A stretch of 64,000 bases of DNA from an uncultured Methylomirabilota bacterium (GCA_963705305.1 OY970067.1:128001-192000); one strand, 5' to 3'. Counted from the stretch's first letter, positions 9,053-18,348 are shown. The notes: generated from the letters alone by a model not told the origin. Program-made: numbers and translations.

Positions 9053-9445
9053 TTACGCGATCTCCCCGCACGCTATCCGCTGCACCACCGCCCGGTCGGC
9101 CTCCAGGAAATCGTAGACGGGCAGATCCCGCGGCCAGATCCACTCGATCCGCTCGAAGGCCAGATTTTGCAGGATCCCGGAATAGCGGGGGACCCGAAAG
9201 AACAGCAGCCGGACGGCGAATCCGTCGGGATACCGGTGATCGGTCCGGTGAACCTCCGGGCCGACGGCAACCCGAACTCCCAGCTCCTCCATGAGCTCCC
9301 GCTCGAGACAGGCCTCGGGCGACTCGCCCGGCTCGATCTTGCCGCCAGGGAACTCCCACTTCAGGCCGAAACGGCTCCCCGCGCGCCGCTGGCAGACCAG
9401 GACGCGTCCCCCGTCGATCAGGATTCCGGCCGTCACCAAGACCAT
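9053..9445 (-). CDS. MutT-like NUDIX (d)NTP pyrophosphohydrolase
   Basis: Nudix box WEFPGGKIEPGESPEACLERELMEELGV. Confidence 0.9.
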   Translation of the reverse strand: MVLVTAGILIDGGRVLVCQRRAGSRFGLKWEFPGGKIEPGESPEACLERELMEELGVRVAVGPEVHRTDHRYPDGFAVRLLFFRVPRYSGILQNLAFERIEWIWPRDLPVYDFLEADRAVVQRIACGEIA

Positions 9446-9846
9446 GCAATCGCCCCCGCCTCACGACGCGCCAGCCCGCGCGAATGCGTCCGGCACCCAG
9501 GAAAGGACGAGGGAGTTTCAATCGACTAGAGCAGAAAAGATCTCCCGGGGGGCCGATCCGAGGCCGGAACAGGGCGGGTATAGGCCTTGTAGCGGCACCC
9601 TGCCGCCCGCCGAGCGCGTCCCCGTGGAACGTCGTGCCACACGGTAATCAAAGGCGGCCACCCGGTCAAGTCCTTTTTCCGCTCGGCGGGATCGGGAATC
9701 CCCGCGTATCGAACTCCTGGATGACCCGCCCCGGGCTCCGAATGTCGAACGGCCGAACTCGGGCCTTGCGCTTTGCTCCTTCTCCCTGTAAAGATGATGG
9801 GCAACAAGAGAGTCTCCGGGTCGATTCCATTGAAGAAGGAGTGGCC

Positions 9847-10419
9847 ATGGGGAAGCGCAAGACGCGAAAGCCGGCGGCCGCGAGGGAGAAGTACCCGGCA
9901 AAACCCCGGTGGAAGCTCTGGGCCGTCGCGGCCGGGGTCCTGGTGGTGCTGGGTGGGGGGATAACCTACTGGGCCTTCACCAGCAAAGCAGGGGCCTCCG
10001 TGGGGCGGACCGCCCCGAACTTCACCCTCGATCTGTTGAAGGGGGGGAGCCTCAACCTTTCCAGTCTGAGAGGGAAGGCCGTCGTGCTGAATTTCTGGGC
10101 GTCCGGCTGACCGCACTGCCAACGGGAGGCTCCCGTTCTCGCAGAGCTCTACGAGCAGTACCACGCCAAGGGACTTGAGTTCGTCGGCGTGAGTGTGAGC
10201 TGGGATACTGCCAGCGACGCCGAGGGGTTCGTCGAGGAACACCACATCCCCTATCCGGAGGGCTACGACTCGGGAGGGGCGATTTCTAACCTGTACAAAG
10301 TGGACGAGACACCCACCACCCTCTTCATCGCTAAAGACGGGAAGGTGATGGAGCGCCACGAGGGGGAGATGGAGAAGGCGGAGTTCGAGCAGCGGATCCA
10401 GAAGCTTTTGGCGGAGTGA
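9847..10419 (+). CDS. TlpA/ResA-like thiol-disulfide oxidoreductase, probable selenoprotein (U88-x-x-C91), 190 aa
   Basis: N-terminal TM helix, APNFTL, VVLNFWASG-[TGA 10108-10110]-PHCQREAP...; same frame continues to YKVDETPTTLFIAKDG (cis-Pro loop) and stops at 10419. Confidence 0.85.
10111..10144 (+). promoter_or_regulatory. Putative bacterial SECIS element
   Basis: AACGGGA-GGC-TCCCGTT hairpin (10121-10137) starting at the 11th nt after UGA; lower pairing CTGC/GCAG. Confidence 0.7.
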
Positions 10420-10464
10420 CGCGGGGGGCTCGGTCTTCACGTGCGGCCGGTGAAAAGACCGCAG

Positions 10465-10500
10465 GGCCGGCGGCAGATTCTGGCCGCCGGCCTTGTATTT
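10465..10500 (+). terminator. Putative intrinsic terminator
   Basis: GGCCGGCGGC-N8-GCCGCCGGCC followed by TTGTATTT. Confidence 0.5.
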
Positions 10501-10683
10501 GTCCAGCATCGCCGACAGACTTGGGGCGATCGTTCGGTCCTGCACACCGGGACGCCGGGCAGGGCGGCTTTTGGCTCACCCCCCCTGCCTGGCCAAGACC
10601 CGGGAGCACCCGACCCGGGCTTCCGGCGCCTCACAGGCCGGGCAGCCAGGTCCGGACCGCACGGAAAGGGAAGGAGAGGCGAC

Positions 10684-11445
10684 GTGGCAGGTCAGTGGAC
10701 GATCCGACCGCTCTGCTTTGGCGAGTTCCCGCGCTTCGAAAAATCCGTCTTCACCTACAACCGGGACGCCGGCGAGAAGATCCGAGCGCCCCTTCTGGGT
10801 TGGCTGCTCCGGTCTGGGCCGGAGGCGATCCTGGTCGATACGGGCACGTCGGCCCCCGAGGTCGCCAACCGCTGGCACACGGCCATCCAGCGGGCGCCCC
10901 ACCAGGCCCCTGCTGCCGCCCTCCAGGCGGCAGGGGTGGATCCGGAACAGCTCCGGCTTGTCATCCTGACGCACCTGCACTGGGACCACTGCTACAACCT
11001 GGAGTGCTTCCCGGCCGCCAGGTTCCTGGTGCAGGCGGAGGAGCTAAGGACTGCCGTGCATCCCCTCCCGACCCAGCGGATCCCGTACGAGGTGGGGATC
11101 CCGGACCTGACTCCCCCCTGGCTGACGGCGCTCAATCGGCTGGAGGTGATCCAGGGAGATATCGAGGTGGCTCCGGGGGTGCGGACCGTGATGCTTCCCG
11201 GCCATACGCCGGGATTGCAGGGGGTGGCAGTCGAGACGTCCGCCGGCGTCCATCTGATCGCAAGCGACGCCCTGCCGCTGTATGCCAATCTTGGAGGAAG
11301 GGGCGGCGATCCCATTCCGCCTGGAATCCATATCGATGTGGCCGCCTGCCTCCGCTCGTTCGAGCGGATGCGGGCCGTCGCCGAGGTCATCCTGCCCAGC
11401 CACGACCTGCGGGTGCTGGACCATCCCGTCTACCCGGCGGCGTGA
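10684..11445 (+). CDS. Metallo-beta-lactamase fold hydrolase, N-acyl homoserine lactonase family
   Basis: LVDTG, THLHWDH, PGHTPG, ASD, PSHD; purine-rich SD before GTG10684. Confidence 0.88.
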   Translation: MAGQWTIRPLCFGEFPRFEKSVFTYNRDAGEKIRAPLLGWLLRSGPEAILVDTGTSAPEVANRWHTAIQRAPHQAPAAALQAAGVDPEQLRLVILTHLHWDHCYNLECFPAARFLVQAEELRTAVHPLPTQRIPYEVGIPDLTPPWLTALNRLEVIQGDIEVAPGVRTVMLPGHTPGLQGVAVETSAGVHLIASDALPLYANLGGRGGDPIPPGIHIDVAACLRSFERMRAVAEVILPSHDLRVLDHPVYPAA

Positions 11446-11637
11446 GGGAAAACTCCGGCAGCCTTCAGTCGTGCAGCCAACTCCCCTGGAGCGCGTACCA
11501 GAGCAGGAGCCTCGCCAGAAAACCGACACCCATGTTCCACATGAACGGGCTGCCGGCGACCCACCGCCCTTCCTTGCCCCGAATCGAACAGGCCTCGCCG
11601 GGAGGCGCTGCCGGACGCCCACAGAGGAAACCGGCTC

Positions 11638-11994
11638 TCAGCGAGCTGCCTTGGGCGGCGACTGCTCCGGAACGAGCACTTCCATTCGCAGGATGACCCT
11701 GCGCACCTCGCCCGGCTTCAGCGCCCCCAGCCCCACAGCCCGCCGTGCCAGCAGCTCTCCCTCGCCGTCCTGGACCTCGACGAGGACGGTATACTCGCAG
11801 GCTTCATCGCAGCCCGGGTGACGAACCGTTCCATCGACCGTCAGGGGACAGACCGTGTTGCCGGTAGGCAGCGGGGGTGGGGCAATTTCCGCCCGCAACC
11901 GGCGGTTGCAGGCCGGACAGATCGCCGCACTTCGCAGGATCCGCTCTCCGCAGTGAGGGCAGTCCCATGACTCCCCGGTTGTTCCGACGCTCAC
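11638..11994 (-). CDS. Hypothetical protein with N-terminal zinc ribbon
   Basis: CPHC...CPAC; start overlaps the bactofilin stop (GTGA). Confidence 0.65.
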   Translation of the reverse strand: MSVGTTGESWDCPHCGERILRSAAICPACNRRLRAEIAPPPLPTGNTVCPLTVDGTVRHPGCDEACEYTVLVEVQDGEGELLARRAVGLGALKPGEVRRVILRMEVLVPEQSPPKAAR

Positions 11995-12512
11995 CGCACG
12001 GCCCCCGGCTGATTCTCGGTTGGATACGACGACTCCAGCTCACCCTCTTTCCACCCGAACTCAACCTTTCCGCGCATCTTGGAGCCCGCGGCCACAGTCA
12101 GGCTGCCGGCCTTGAGATCGCCGATGATCGTGCCGGACTCCCGCAACTCGACCCGCGACCCGGCCGCAATATGGCCCCGGACCTCGCCGCCGACGAGGAC
12201 GGTGTTGGCATTCGTCTCGCCATCGATCACTGCACCCGGATCGATCGCCAGCTCGCCCTTGACATTGATCGCGCCCTTGAACTTGCCGGCCACGCGGATG
12301 CTTCCCTCTCCCTCAATCTTTCCCTCAATCGTCAGGCCTGCGGCCAGAATGGACTCGGTCCGGTTTGGCTGCGTTGTCGCCATTGATCGCTCCTCCCTGT
12401 GCCCTGATGGCCCGGCGGCAGGCATGCCCCCGCGCTCGGATGCCGACTTGACGTACTGCCCGGGTTCCACCGGAGGCTCGTCCTTCTGCGGCTGCCGCGA
12501 GAATATCCCCAT
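11991..12512 (-). CDS. Bactofilin (polymer-forming cytoskeletal protein)
   Basis: SILAAGLTIEGKIEGEGSIRVAGKFKGAI...GEVRGHI beta-helix repeats. Confidence 0.9.
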   Translation of the reverse strand: MGIFSRQPQKDEPPVEPGQYVKSASERGGMPAAGPSGHREERSMATTQPNRTESILAAGLTIEGKIEGEGSIRVAGKFKGAINVKGELAIDPGAVIDGETNANTVLVGGEVRGHIAAGSRVELRESGTIIGDLKAGSLTVAAGSKMRGKVEFGWKEGELESSYPTENQPGAVR

Positions 12513-12612
12513 GACTTACCCCCCTGGTACGGATGCCGGAAGATCCCGACTGCCCAGAAATGATCGCGGGCGGCGCCTGCACACGGACGGCGCATAGCCG
12601 GTACGGCCGGGC

Positions 12613-13080
12613 TCACGCAGAGCGATGCTGCGTTTTCGAGGAAGACGATCCGGCGCTGCGGGACAGGCGGGAAATGTACACTCGGTGGAACAGCGCATCT
12701 TCATCGGAGGCGTAGCCTGTCACCAGCATACCGTGGAGAGCGCCCCCCGAGACTCTATCGGCCTTCGGGACACACCAGACCACGTGACCGCGAAGCCGCA
12801 GGCCGATGCCGCTGATATTGCACCGGATCTCGATGGAGGTTCCCGGGGGAATTTGCATATCCAGAATAAGGCCGCACCCCTCCTTGGACATGTCGCGGAG
12901 CATACCCCAGAACACGTTCTGGGCATCCAGGGATACCCCCTCGATGGGATGCTGGATCGAGTATCGGGGATGACGCCGACGTTCCGTCCCGGAGTGTGTG
13001 GTCACGTCTCCGCTCCAAGGCTTGGGATTGTCCGGGCTGCCGTTCAAGCGCACCGCCTGCGGGTGCTCGGTCGGAAGCAC
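12613..13080 (-). CDS. PilZ domain protein
   Basis: ERRRHPRY (RxxxR) and RDMSKEGC (DxSxxG); start uncertain. Confidence 0.8.
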   Translation of the reverse strand: MLPTEHPQAVRLNGSPDNPKPWSGDVTTHSGTERRRHPRYSIQHPIEGVSLDAQNVFWGMLRDMSKEGCGLILDMQIPPGTSIEIRCNISGIGLRLRGHVVWCVPKADRVSGGALHGMLVTGYASDEDALFHRVYISRLSRSAGSSSSKTQHRSA

Positions 13081-13098
13081 GCCCAGCGCGTCGCAATC

Positions 13099-13674
13099 TC
13101 AGGCAGACTTCCGCTCCTTCTTGAAGACGACCTTGAAAACCTCGTCGATATCGGCGAGCTTGATCGGCTTCGCCAAGAGCATAGCCGGCCCCAGCTGTAA
13201 GGCAGCCAGGGTCTCCTCGTGGTGAGGAAATCCGGTGATAATGATGACGACGGCTTCAGGGTCCCGCCGCTTGATGGCTCGGATGAGGGAGGCTCCTCTC
13301 ATGCCGGGAAGGATGATGTCGAGGAAGATCAAGTCGAAATGATTTTCACGAAGGGTCTGGAGAGCCTGTCGACCGTTCGAGGCCAGCGTCACCTCGCAGC
13401 CTTTGACCCGCAAGACACTCTCAAAGGCCTCCCGCACGGACGCCTCATCATCCACGACGAGGACCCGCGGAGACGAAGAGGATGACGGCATGCTCAGCGG
13501 AATCTGGTTATCGGCCAAGAACCTTCTGAACTCGTCCAGCGGGATCCGGTGACGGCCGCCGGGGACCCGGTAGGCCTTGAGCTTCCCGGTGCGGATCCAG
13601 CCCAAGACCGCCACCGACGTGACGTGCAGCAGCCGCGCCACTTCCCCGGTGCTCAAGGGCCGCTCGTCGGGCAT
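13099..13674 (-). CDS. Excisionase-type HTH (HTH_17) fused to receiver domain
   Basis: LSTGEVARLL...WIRTGKLKAYRVPGGRHRI; VLVVDD, FLD, ITG, AKP. Confidence 0.88.
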   Translation of the reverse strand: MPDERPLSTGEVARLLHVTSVAVLGWIRTGKLKAYRVPGGRHRIPLDEFRRFLADNQIPLSMPSSSSSPRVLVVDDEASVREAFESVLRVKGCEVTLASNGRQALQTLRENHFDLIFLDIILPGMRGASLIRAIKRRDPEAVVIIITGFPHHEETLAALQLGPAMLLAKPIKLADIDEVFKVVFKKERKSA

Positions 13675-13957
13675 GGGGCAGACCTCCTTTGCGTTTTTAG
13701 TGAAGATAAACTACTTACTAACAAACTGCTCTGTCAACTCCAAAATCTTCGGGGCCGCGCAGGGGGCGCCGGGACTCGGTCAGGGGATGGCCCGTCGCCA
13801 CCCCACCTCCGCCCGTCCGCCGGTGGACACTTCCGCGGCGGGAAGGGGGAGCACCCTGCCGGGCTGGCAGCTATCCGAGAATCACACGCTCCTTCTCCCG
13901 GCGTTCGGACGGGGGAGGGGACGGCGTCGCGGAGAGCGGCTTCCGACGGCCGGCGGG

Positions 13958-14548
13958 TCAGGAACGTCGAACGAGAAATCGATAGTGCTCCGGCGTCTGC
14001 CGTCGGTAGCTGAGGACGGCGAATCCGGCCTCCTCGCACCACGTTCGCACCCGATCCGGCATGAACCGCTCGGCCCTGGGCGGGCCGTGCGCGCACGGCC
14101 CCTCGGGGTGAAACTCCGCCACCACGGCCAAGCCGCCCGGCGGGAGAACCCGGGCCACGGCGGCCAGAACCGCGGCCGCGTCGTCGACGTGATGCAGGAC
14201 CATGGCTACCAGGGCGGCCTCGGCATGAAGCGCCTCCGGGTCCAGGGCGGCGCCGTCGGCGAGGATGCGCTGGATATTGCCGAGGGCACGCGCTTGTTGC
14301 TGCCGCTCCAGAAACGCCAATGCGTCGGCGGACCGGTCCACCGCGTACACCAGTCCGCCCGCCCCCACCCGCTCGGCCAGGAGCAGGCTGGCGTACCCCG
14401 GTCCCGCCCCGAGGTCCAGCACGCGGGTCCCGGGCCCGATCTCGAGGTCGCCCATCCATTCGCGGATCAGGTCGGCGCGCCGGCTCTGCCGCTCGAAGAC
14501 CGCGTCCCATGTAGTATGGCTCATGTCCTTACGATAGATCTCTTCCAC
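13958..14548 (-). CDS. Class I SAM-dependent methyltransferase
   Basis: RVLDLGAGPG, YAVD, VLHH, LPPGG. Confidence 0.85.
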   Translation of the reverse strand: MEEIYRKDMSHTTWDAVFERQSRRADLIREWMGDLEIGPGTRVLDLGAGPGYASLLLAERVGAGGLVYAVDRSADALAFLERQQQARALGNIQRILADGAALDPEALHAEAALVAMVLHHVDDAAAVLAAVARVLPPGGLAVVAEFHPEGPCAHGPPRAERFMPDRVRTWCEEAGFAVLSYRRQTPEHYRFLVRRS

Positions 14549-14881
14549 GTCGCCCCCTGACTATCCGCGCCGCGCCACGGACCCAGCGATTCGCCCGGAG
14601 AATTCGCGAGGGCGGTCGCCGCATCATCGGATCGAATGGCCAATGGCAATGGGGACTCCATCGCACGCCGAGCGCCCCGGCAGGACCGAGGGGGCGCCTG
14701 TGTATAATCCTCCCGCAACCCCCTTCCCGTCCAGCCCAAGATCATTCCGTCACCCCAGATCGAGACCGTTTTTGACCTGAATGCCGCGGGCACACTCCCG
14801 CCTCCGGAGTGGCGGCGAGCGCTTATCCGCGTACCTCGGCTGTTTCCGATCTCGACTGGAACCCTCGAATTCCTTAGGGAC

Positions 14882-15424
14882 TCAGGCGGGCAGGCGGGCA
14901 ACGTACGTGTGAAGGGTATCCGGCGCGGCCTGGACGATGCAGGTCCGGAAGCCGCGCGCCTCCAGGGCCTCGATCAGTGGCGTGGGCCGGAAGGTGCTCT
15001 GGATGCAAAGCAGCTCGCCGCCGGCCAGGCTTCCGGCCGCCTGCTGAGCCGACACCAGGGGCACCCGGCCGGCCTCCAGCAGCCGGTCCGCGTCCAGGCT
15101 GGTCCTGATGCGGGCCGTCCGCACCCAGTCCGGCGGAGTCTCCAGGACAAGCAGGCCATCCTCGTCCGGCGCCCTCTCGCCGGCGAGTGCCTCGCCCGGG
15201 GGAAGCCCGGCGGCGTCGCGCAGGACCGCCACCAGTCGGCGGACGGGGATGCCGGCCATCTGGGCGGCCTTCTCCAACGTGGCCACCTTGGCAACCATCT
15301 TCCGTAGGACCGGATTCCCCAGGGCCGTGAAATGGGGGGACTGCGCGACAAGGACCTCCTCCAGCCGGGGGTAGGCGTCCAAGAGGTCCGCCACCTTCGT
15401 GCGCGGCGTGATCGGGCAGCTCAT
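14882..15424 (-). CDS. DUF1858 domain protein with C-terminal DUF2249/TusA-like domain
   Basis: ITPRTKVADLLDAYP...NPVLRKMVAKVATL; FRPTPLI; ATGA overlap with upstream gene. Confidence 0.7.
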   Translation of the reverse strand: MSCPITPRTKVADLLDAYPRLEEVLVAQSPHFTALGNPVLRKMVAKVATLEKAAQMAGIPVRRLVAVLRDAAGLPPGEALAGERAPDEDGLLVLETPPDWVRTARIRTSLDADRLLEAGRVPLVSAQQAAGSLAGGELLCIQSTFRPTPLIEALEARGFRTCIVQAAPDTLHTYVARLPA

Positions 15425-16680
15425 GCGGCCTTTCCCGCGTCCTCGTCGTACTGGAGCAGGCGGCGCTCCCCCTCCAGGGCCCGCAGGGGCGTGAGATCCT
15501 GCGTCACCTCCAGCGTGCCGAGGTAGGCGCCCTGCTCGTCGCGCACCGGGAAGTAGCGGATGTGCACAAACTTGCCCCGGAAGGTGATCCAGAACTCGGC
15601 CACCATCCGCCGTCCGCTCTTGAAGTCGTCGAGGATCTGCCGGACGACATCCACGCTGGAAGCCGGGTGGCAATGCTGGACTTTGCGCCCCAGGATCACC
15701 TTGGTCCGGGCAAAGATCCGCTCCGGCCCCTCCGAGAAGTACCGCACGTTGTCGTCCGCATCCACGAAGGTGATGTCCGCGGGTAGGGTCCGGAGGATGC
15801 CGCGAACCTGGCCGGGCGTCAGGGCGCCGGTCGGGAAGAGCAGGCTTTCATTCGCCCCCACGGAGGCCACCCGGTCCGGCTGCGAGGCGGGGGGAGGCTG
15901 GTAGCCCTCGCGCGGCTCCACCAGGCACCAGCCGAATTCCGCCGAGTGCTGCCAGATCTCGGCCCACTCGTCTTCGGTCAGGGTCTTCAGTGCCATGGGC
16001 AGGAGAATGTTTTCTTCCTTGGAGATCATCTCCTCAACGGCCGCCAGGGCCGGCTCGGCGATCGTCTGGATGACGATCCGCCACTCGGCCGCCGTGGCGT
16101 CGCGGGCCGCCAGGGCCTCGCCCAGGGATTTGAGCAGGCCCCGGACCTCGTCGTCCTTTCCCCACATGACCTTGGATGGTCCGGTGACCTGATGCCGCTC
16201 CAGGCAGGAGAACAGGAGATACTCCTTCCGCCGGTAGTGCTTGTCCACGTCCATCAACGCGTTGTAGCTCTGCCGCCAGGCGAGAAGCTCGTCGGCTGGA
16301 ACGGCCCCGTCCGGCAGGGCGGCCACGCGGCCCATGGCCGCGCGCATCCCGCCCGCCGCCTCGCGGAGCGCCTGGTTCTCGCGCCGGAAGGTGTCCACCG
16401 GATGGCCCGGCGGGACCTCGGGAGTGGCCGGCTCGATCTGGACCAGGATCTCGCGCAGGATCGAGGAATGGAGGTCGCACATGGACTGGACCTCCTGTAC
16501 GGGCATGCCCTCGGCGATCAGCTCCTGCTCCATGGCCGCGATCTCCGACGCGTTGGTCTCCCGCACCATGCTTCGCAGCTGTTCCCGCACGTCGGCCGGC
16601 GATCCCCCGCCGTGCAGGTGCTTGATGATGCCCTTCATGGTTTGGATGCGATGCATCCGGTTGTTGATCAGCTCGCTCAT
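15421..16680 (-). CDS. DUF438 + hemerythrin-like + PAS domain protein
   Basis: EIAAMEQELI...MCDLH, GHPV, HYRRKEYLLF, KEENILLP, DITFVD, VQHCHP. Confidence 0.85.
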   Translation of the reverse strand: MSELINNRMHRIQTMKGIIKHLHGGGSPADVREQLRSMVRETNASEIAAMEQELIAEGMPVQEVQSMCDLHSSILREILVQIEPATPEVPPGHPVDTFRRENQALREAAGGMRAAMGRVAALPDGAVPADELLAWRQSYNALMDVDKHYRRKEYLLFSCLERHQVTGPSKVMWGKDDEVRGLLKSLGEALAARDATAAEWRIVIQTIAEPALAAVEEMISKEENILLPMALKTLTEDEWAEIWQHSAEFGWCLVEPREGYQPPPASQPDRVASVGANESLLFPTGALTPGQVRGILRTLPADITFVDADDNVRYFSEGPERIFARTKVILGRKVQHCHPASSVDVVRQILDDFKSGRRMVAEFWITFRGKFVHIRYFPVRDEQGAYLGTLEVTQDLTPLRALEGERRLLQYDEDAGKAA

Positions 16681-16734
16681 GCTCTGCTCCGTTGTTTCCG
16701 AGGTTCGTACGCTTCGTGTCCCGATCGGTCCGTC

Positions 16735-17517
16735 CTATGCTCTCGCCGTCCGGGCCGGCGCCTGGCTGCCTTCCGCCACCTCTCCGCCAATGCCGATGGT
16801 GACGTCCGCGAGCAGCAGCGCACTCCCGGCCATCTCCATCGCAGACTGCGCGATCCGGGTCAGGCCCGAGCAGCAGGGGACCTCCATGTGGACGACGGTG
16901 AGGCTGGCGGGCTCCGCCGTCCGGATGATGTCGGCCAGCTTCTTCACATACGGCTCGGTCTGGTCCAGCTTGGGGCAGCCGATGATGACCGGCTTCCCTC
17001 GCAGGAAGCGCCGGTGAAAGTCGGCGCAGGCGAACGGCACGCAATCCGCCACCAGCAGGATATCCGCGCCCTTGAAATAGGGCGCCGCGGGGGAGACCAG
17101 CGCCATCTGGACCGGCCAGTTCATCAACTCGGACGGCGCAGGGCGATCCGCGAGGCCATCCCCGCCGGAGGGCGCGGGCGCCCGACGGCCGAGACTTCGC
17201 ATCATGGAGCCGGGACAGCCGCCGGGGGGGCTGGAGAGAACCGGGATCGACGGCGGCCGGACCTGTCGGGGTCGCAGGCGCTCCAGGTGGGCGTAAGTCT
17301 TAGCCTCGTCGAAGACCTCGGCCTCGCGCTTCTCGATGCTGATGGCCCCCTGCGGACAGTGCCCCAGGCAGGCTCCCAGTCCGTCGCAGTAAACCTCGCT
17401 CACCAGGCGGGCCTTCCCGTCGATGATCGCGATGGCCCCCTCGGCGCAGCCGGTCGCGCACTCCCCGCAGCCGTCGCACTTCTCCTCGTCGACCCGAATC
17501 ACCTCGCGCAGCGCCAT
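16735..17517 (-). CDS. 2x[4Fe-4S] ferredoxin-domain protein (FrdX-like)
   Basis: CDGCGECATGC, CDGLGACLGHCP, NWPVQ, ADCVPF, GCPKLD, MEVPCC. Confidence 0.85.
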   Translation of the reverse strand: MALREVIRVDEEKCDGCGECATGCAEGAIAIIDGKARLVSEVYCDGLGACLGHCPQGAISIEKREAEVFDEAKTYAHLERLRPRQVRPPSIPVLSSPPGGCPGSMMRSLGRRAPAPSGGDGLADRPAPSELMNWPVQMALVSPAAPYFKGADILLVADCVPFACADFHRRFLRGKPVIIGCPKLDQTEPYVKKLADIIRTAEPASLTVVHMEVPCCSGLTRIAQSAMEMAGSALLLADVTIGIGGEVAEGSQAPARTARA

Positions 17518-17563
17518 CGTCGGGCTCCTTCTCCCACCGGCCGGTTTTCCTCCAAGGATCGCT

Positions 17564-17592
17564 TTGCTGTTCTTCCCTGGCTGGCATATAAT
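17564..17592 (+). promoter_or_regulatory. Putative sigma70 promoter of the Crp/Fnr gene
   Basis: TTGCTG-N17-TATAAT. Confidence 0.6.
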
Positions 17593-17615
17593 GCTCCAGC
17601 TGCCCCGGCCGGTCC

Positions 17616-17629
17616 TTGATTTGTATCAA
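17616..17629. promoter_or_regulatory. FNR/DNR/HcpR-type binding site
   Basis: Perfect TTGAT-ttgt-ATCAA between a Crp/Fnr gene and a divergent Fe-S operon. Confidence 0.88.
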
Positions 17630-17661
17630 GTCTCACAACCCGCCGCCGACAGGGAGGTTTC

Positions 17662-18348
17662 GTGCCGCGCGAGGCGTCCGATGTCCTGGCAGCTTGCTCG
17701 TTCTTCTCGCAGGCGGATGGCGCCAGCCGGACGCGTCTGATCCGCATGGCCGTCCTCAAGGAATTCGCCAAGGGTGAGGCGATCTTCCGGGAGGGAGAGC
17801 CCGTGCCGGGGCTTTACGTTGTGGCCAGCGGGCTGGTGCGGATTTACCGGCTGGCCCCCAGCGGCAAGGAGCACGTCCTGCATCTGGCATCCGCCGGGAT
17901 GACCTTCGCCGAGGTGGCCGTCCTCGGCGAGTTCCCCTGCCCCGCCTTTGCCGAGGCGCTGGAGAAGACGGCCTGCGTCCTGCTCCCCGCCCGGAGTTTG
18001 TTGCAGGCCCTGCGCGAGGATCACCGGCTGTGTCTCCAGATCCTCTCCAGCATGGCGGTCTGGGTGCGCTCATTCGTCACCCTTCTGGAGGGCATCGTCC
18101 TACGGGATGCGGCCGGACGGGTGGCCGGCTACCTGCTGCAGGCCCATGCCGAGCAGGGATCGGTCATCGCGCTCCCCGGCCTCAAGAAACACATTGCCAG
18201 CCACCTGAATTTGACCAGCGAGACTCTGTCGCGAACCCTCCGCCAGTTGCGGGAGGAGCGCCTGATCAGCGAGACGGACGGCGGCCTGGTGATCGAGGAT
18301 CCGGCGGGCCTGCGGCGAGTCACCGAGGGATTCTACCCGTGCCTCTGA
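17662..18348 (+). CDS. Crp/Fnr family transcriptional regulator (HcpR/Dnr-like)
   Basis: cNMP-binding fold (IFREGE, GKEHVL, FAEVAV), HTH TSETLSR; no N-terminal FNR Cys cluster; SD GGGAGG. Confidence 0.92.
   Translation: MPREASDVLAACSFFSQADGASRTRLIRMAVLKEFAKGEAIFREGEPVPGLYVVASGLVRIYRLAPSGKEHVLHLASAGMTFAEVAVLGEFPCPAFAEALEKTACVLLPARSLLQALREDHRLCLQILSSMAVWVRSFVTLLEGIVLRDAAGRVAGYLLQAHAEQGSVIALPGLKKHIASHLNLTSETLSRTLRQLREERLISETDGGLVIEDPAGLRRVTEGFYPCL

Noticed and set aside
13099..13674. Excisionase-like HTH as a prophage or ICE marker
   Set aside because: It is fused to a receiver domain, and no integrase, att site or phage gene is nearby.
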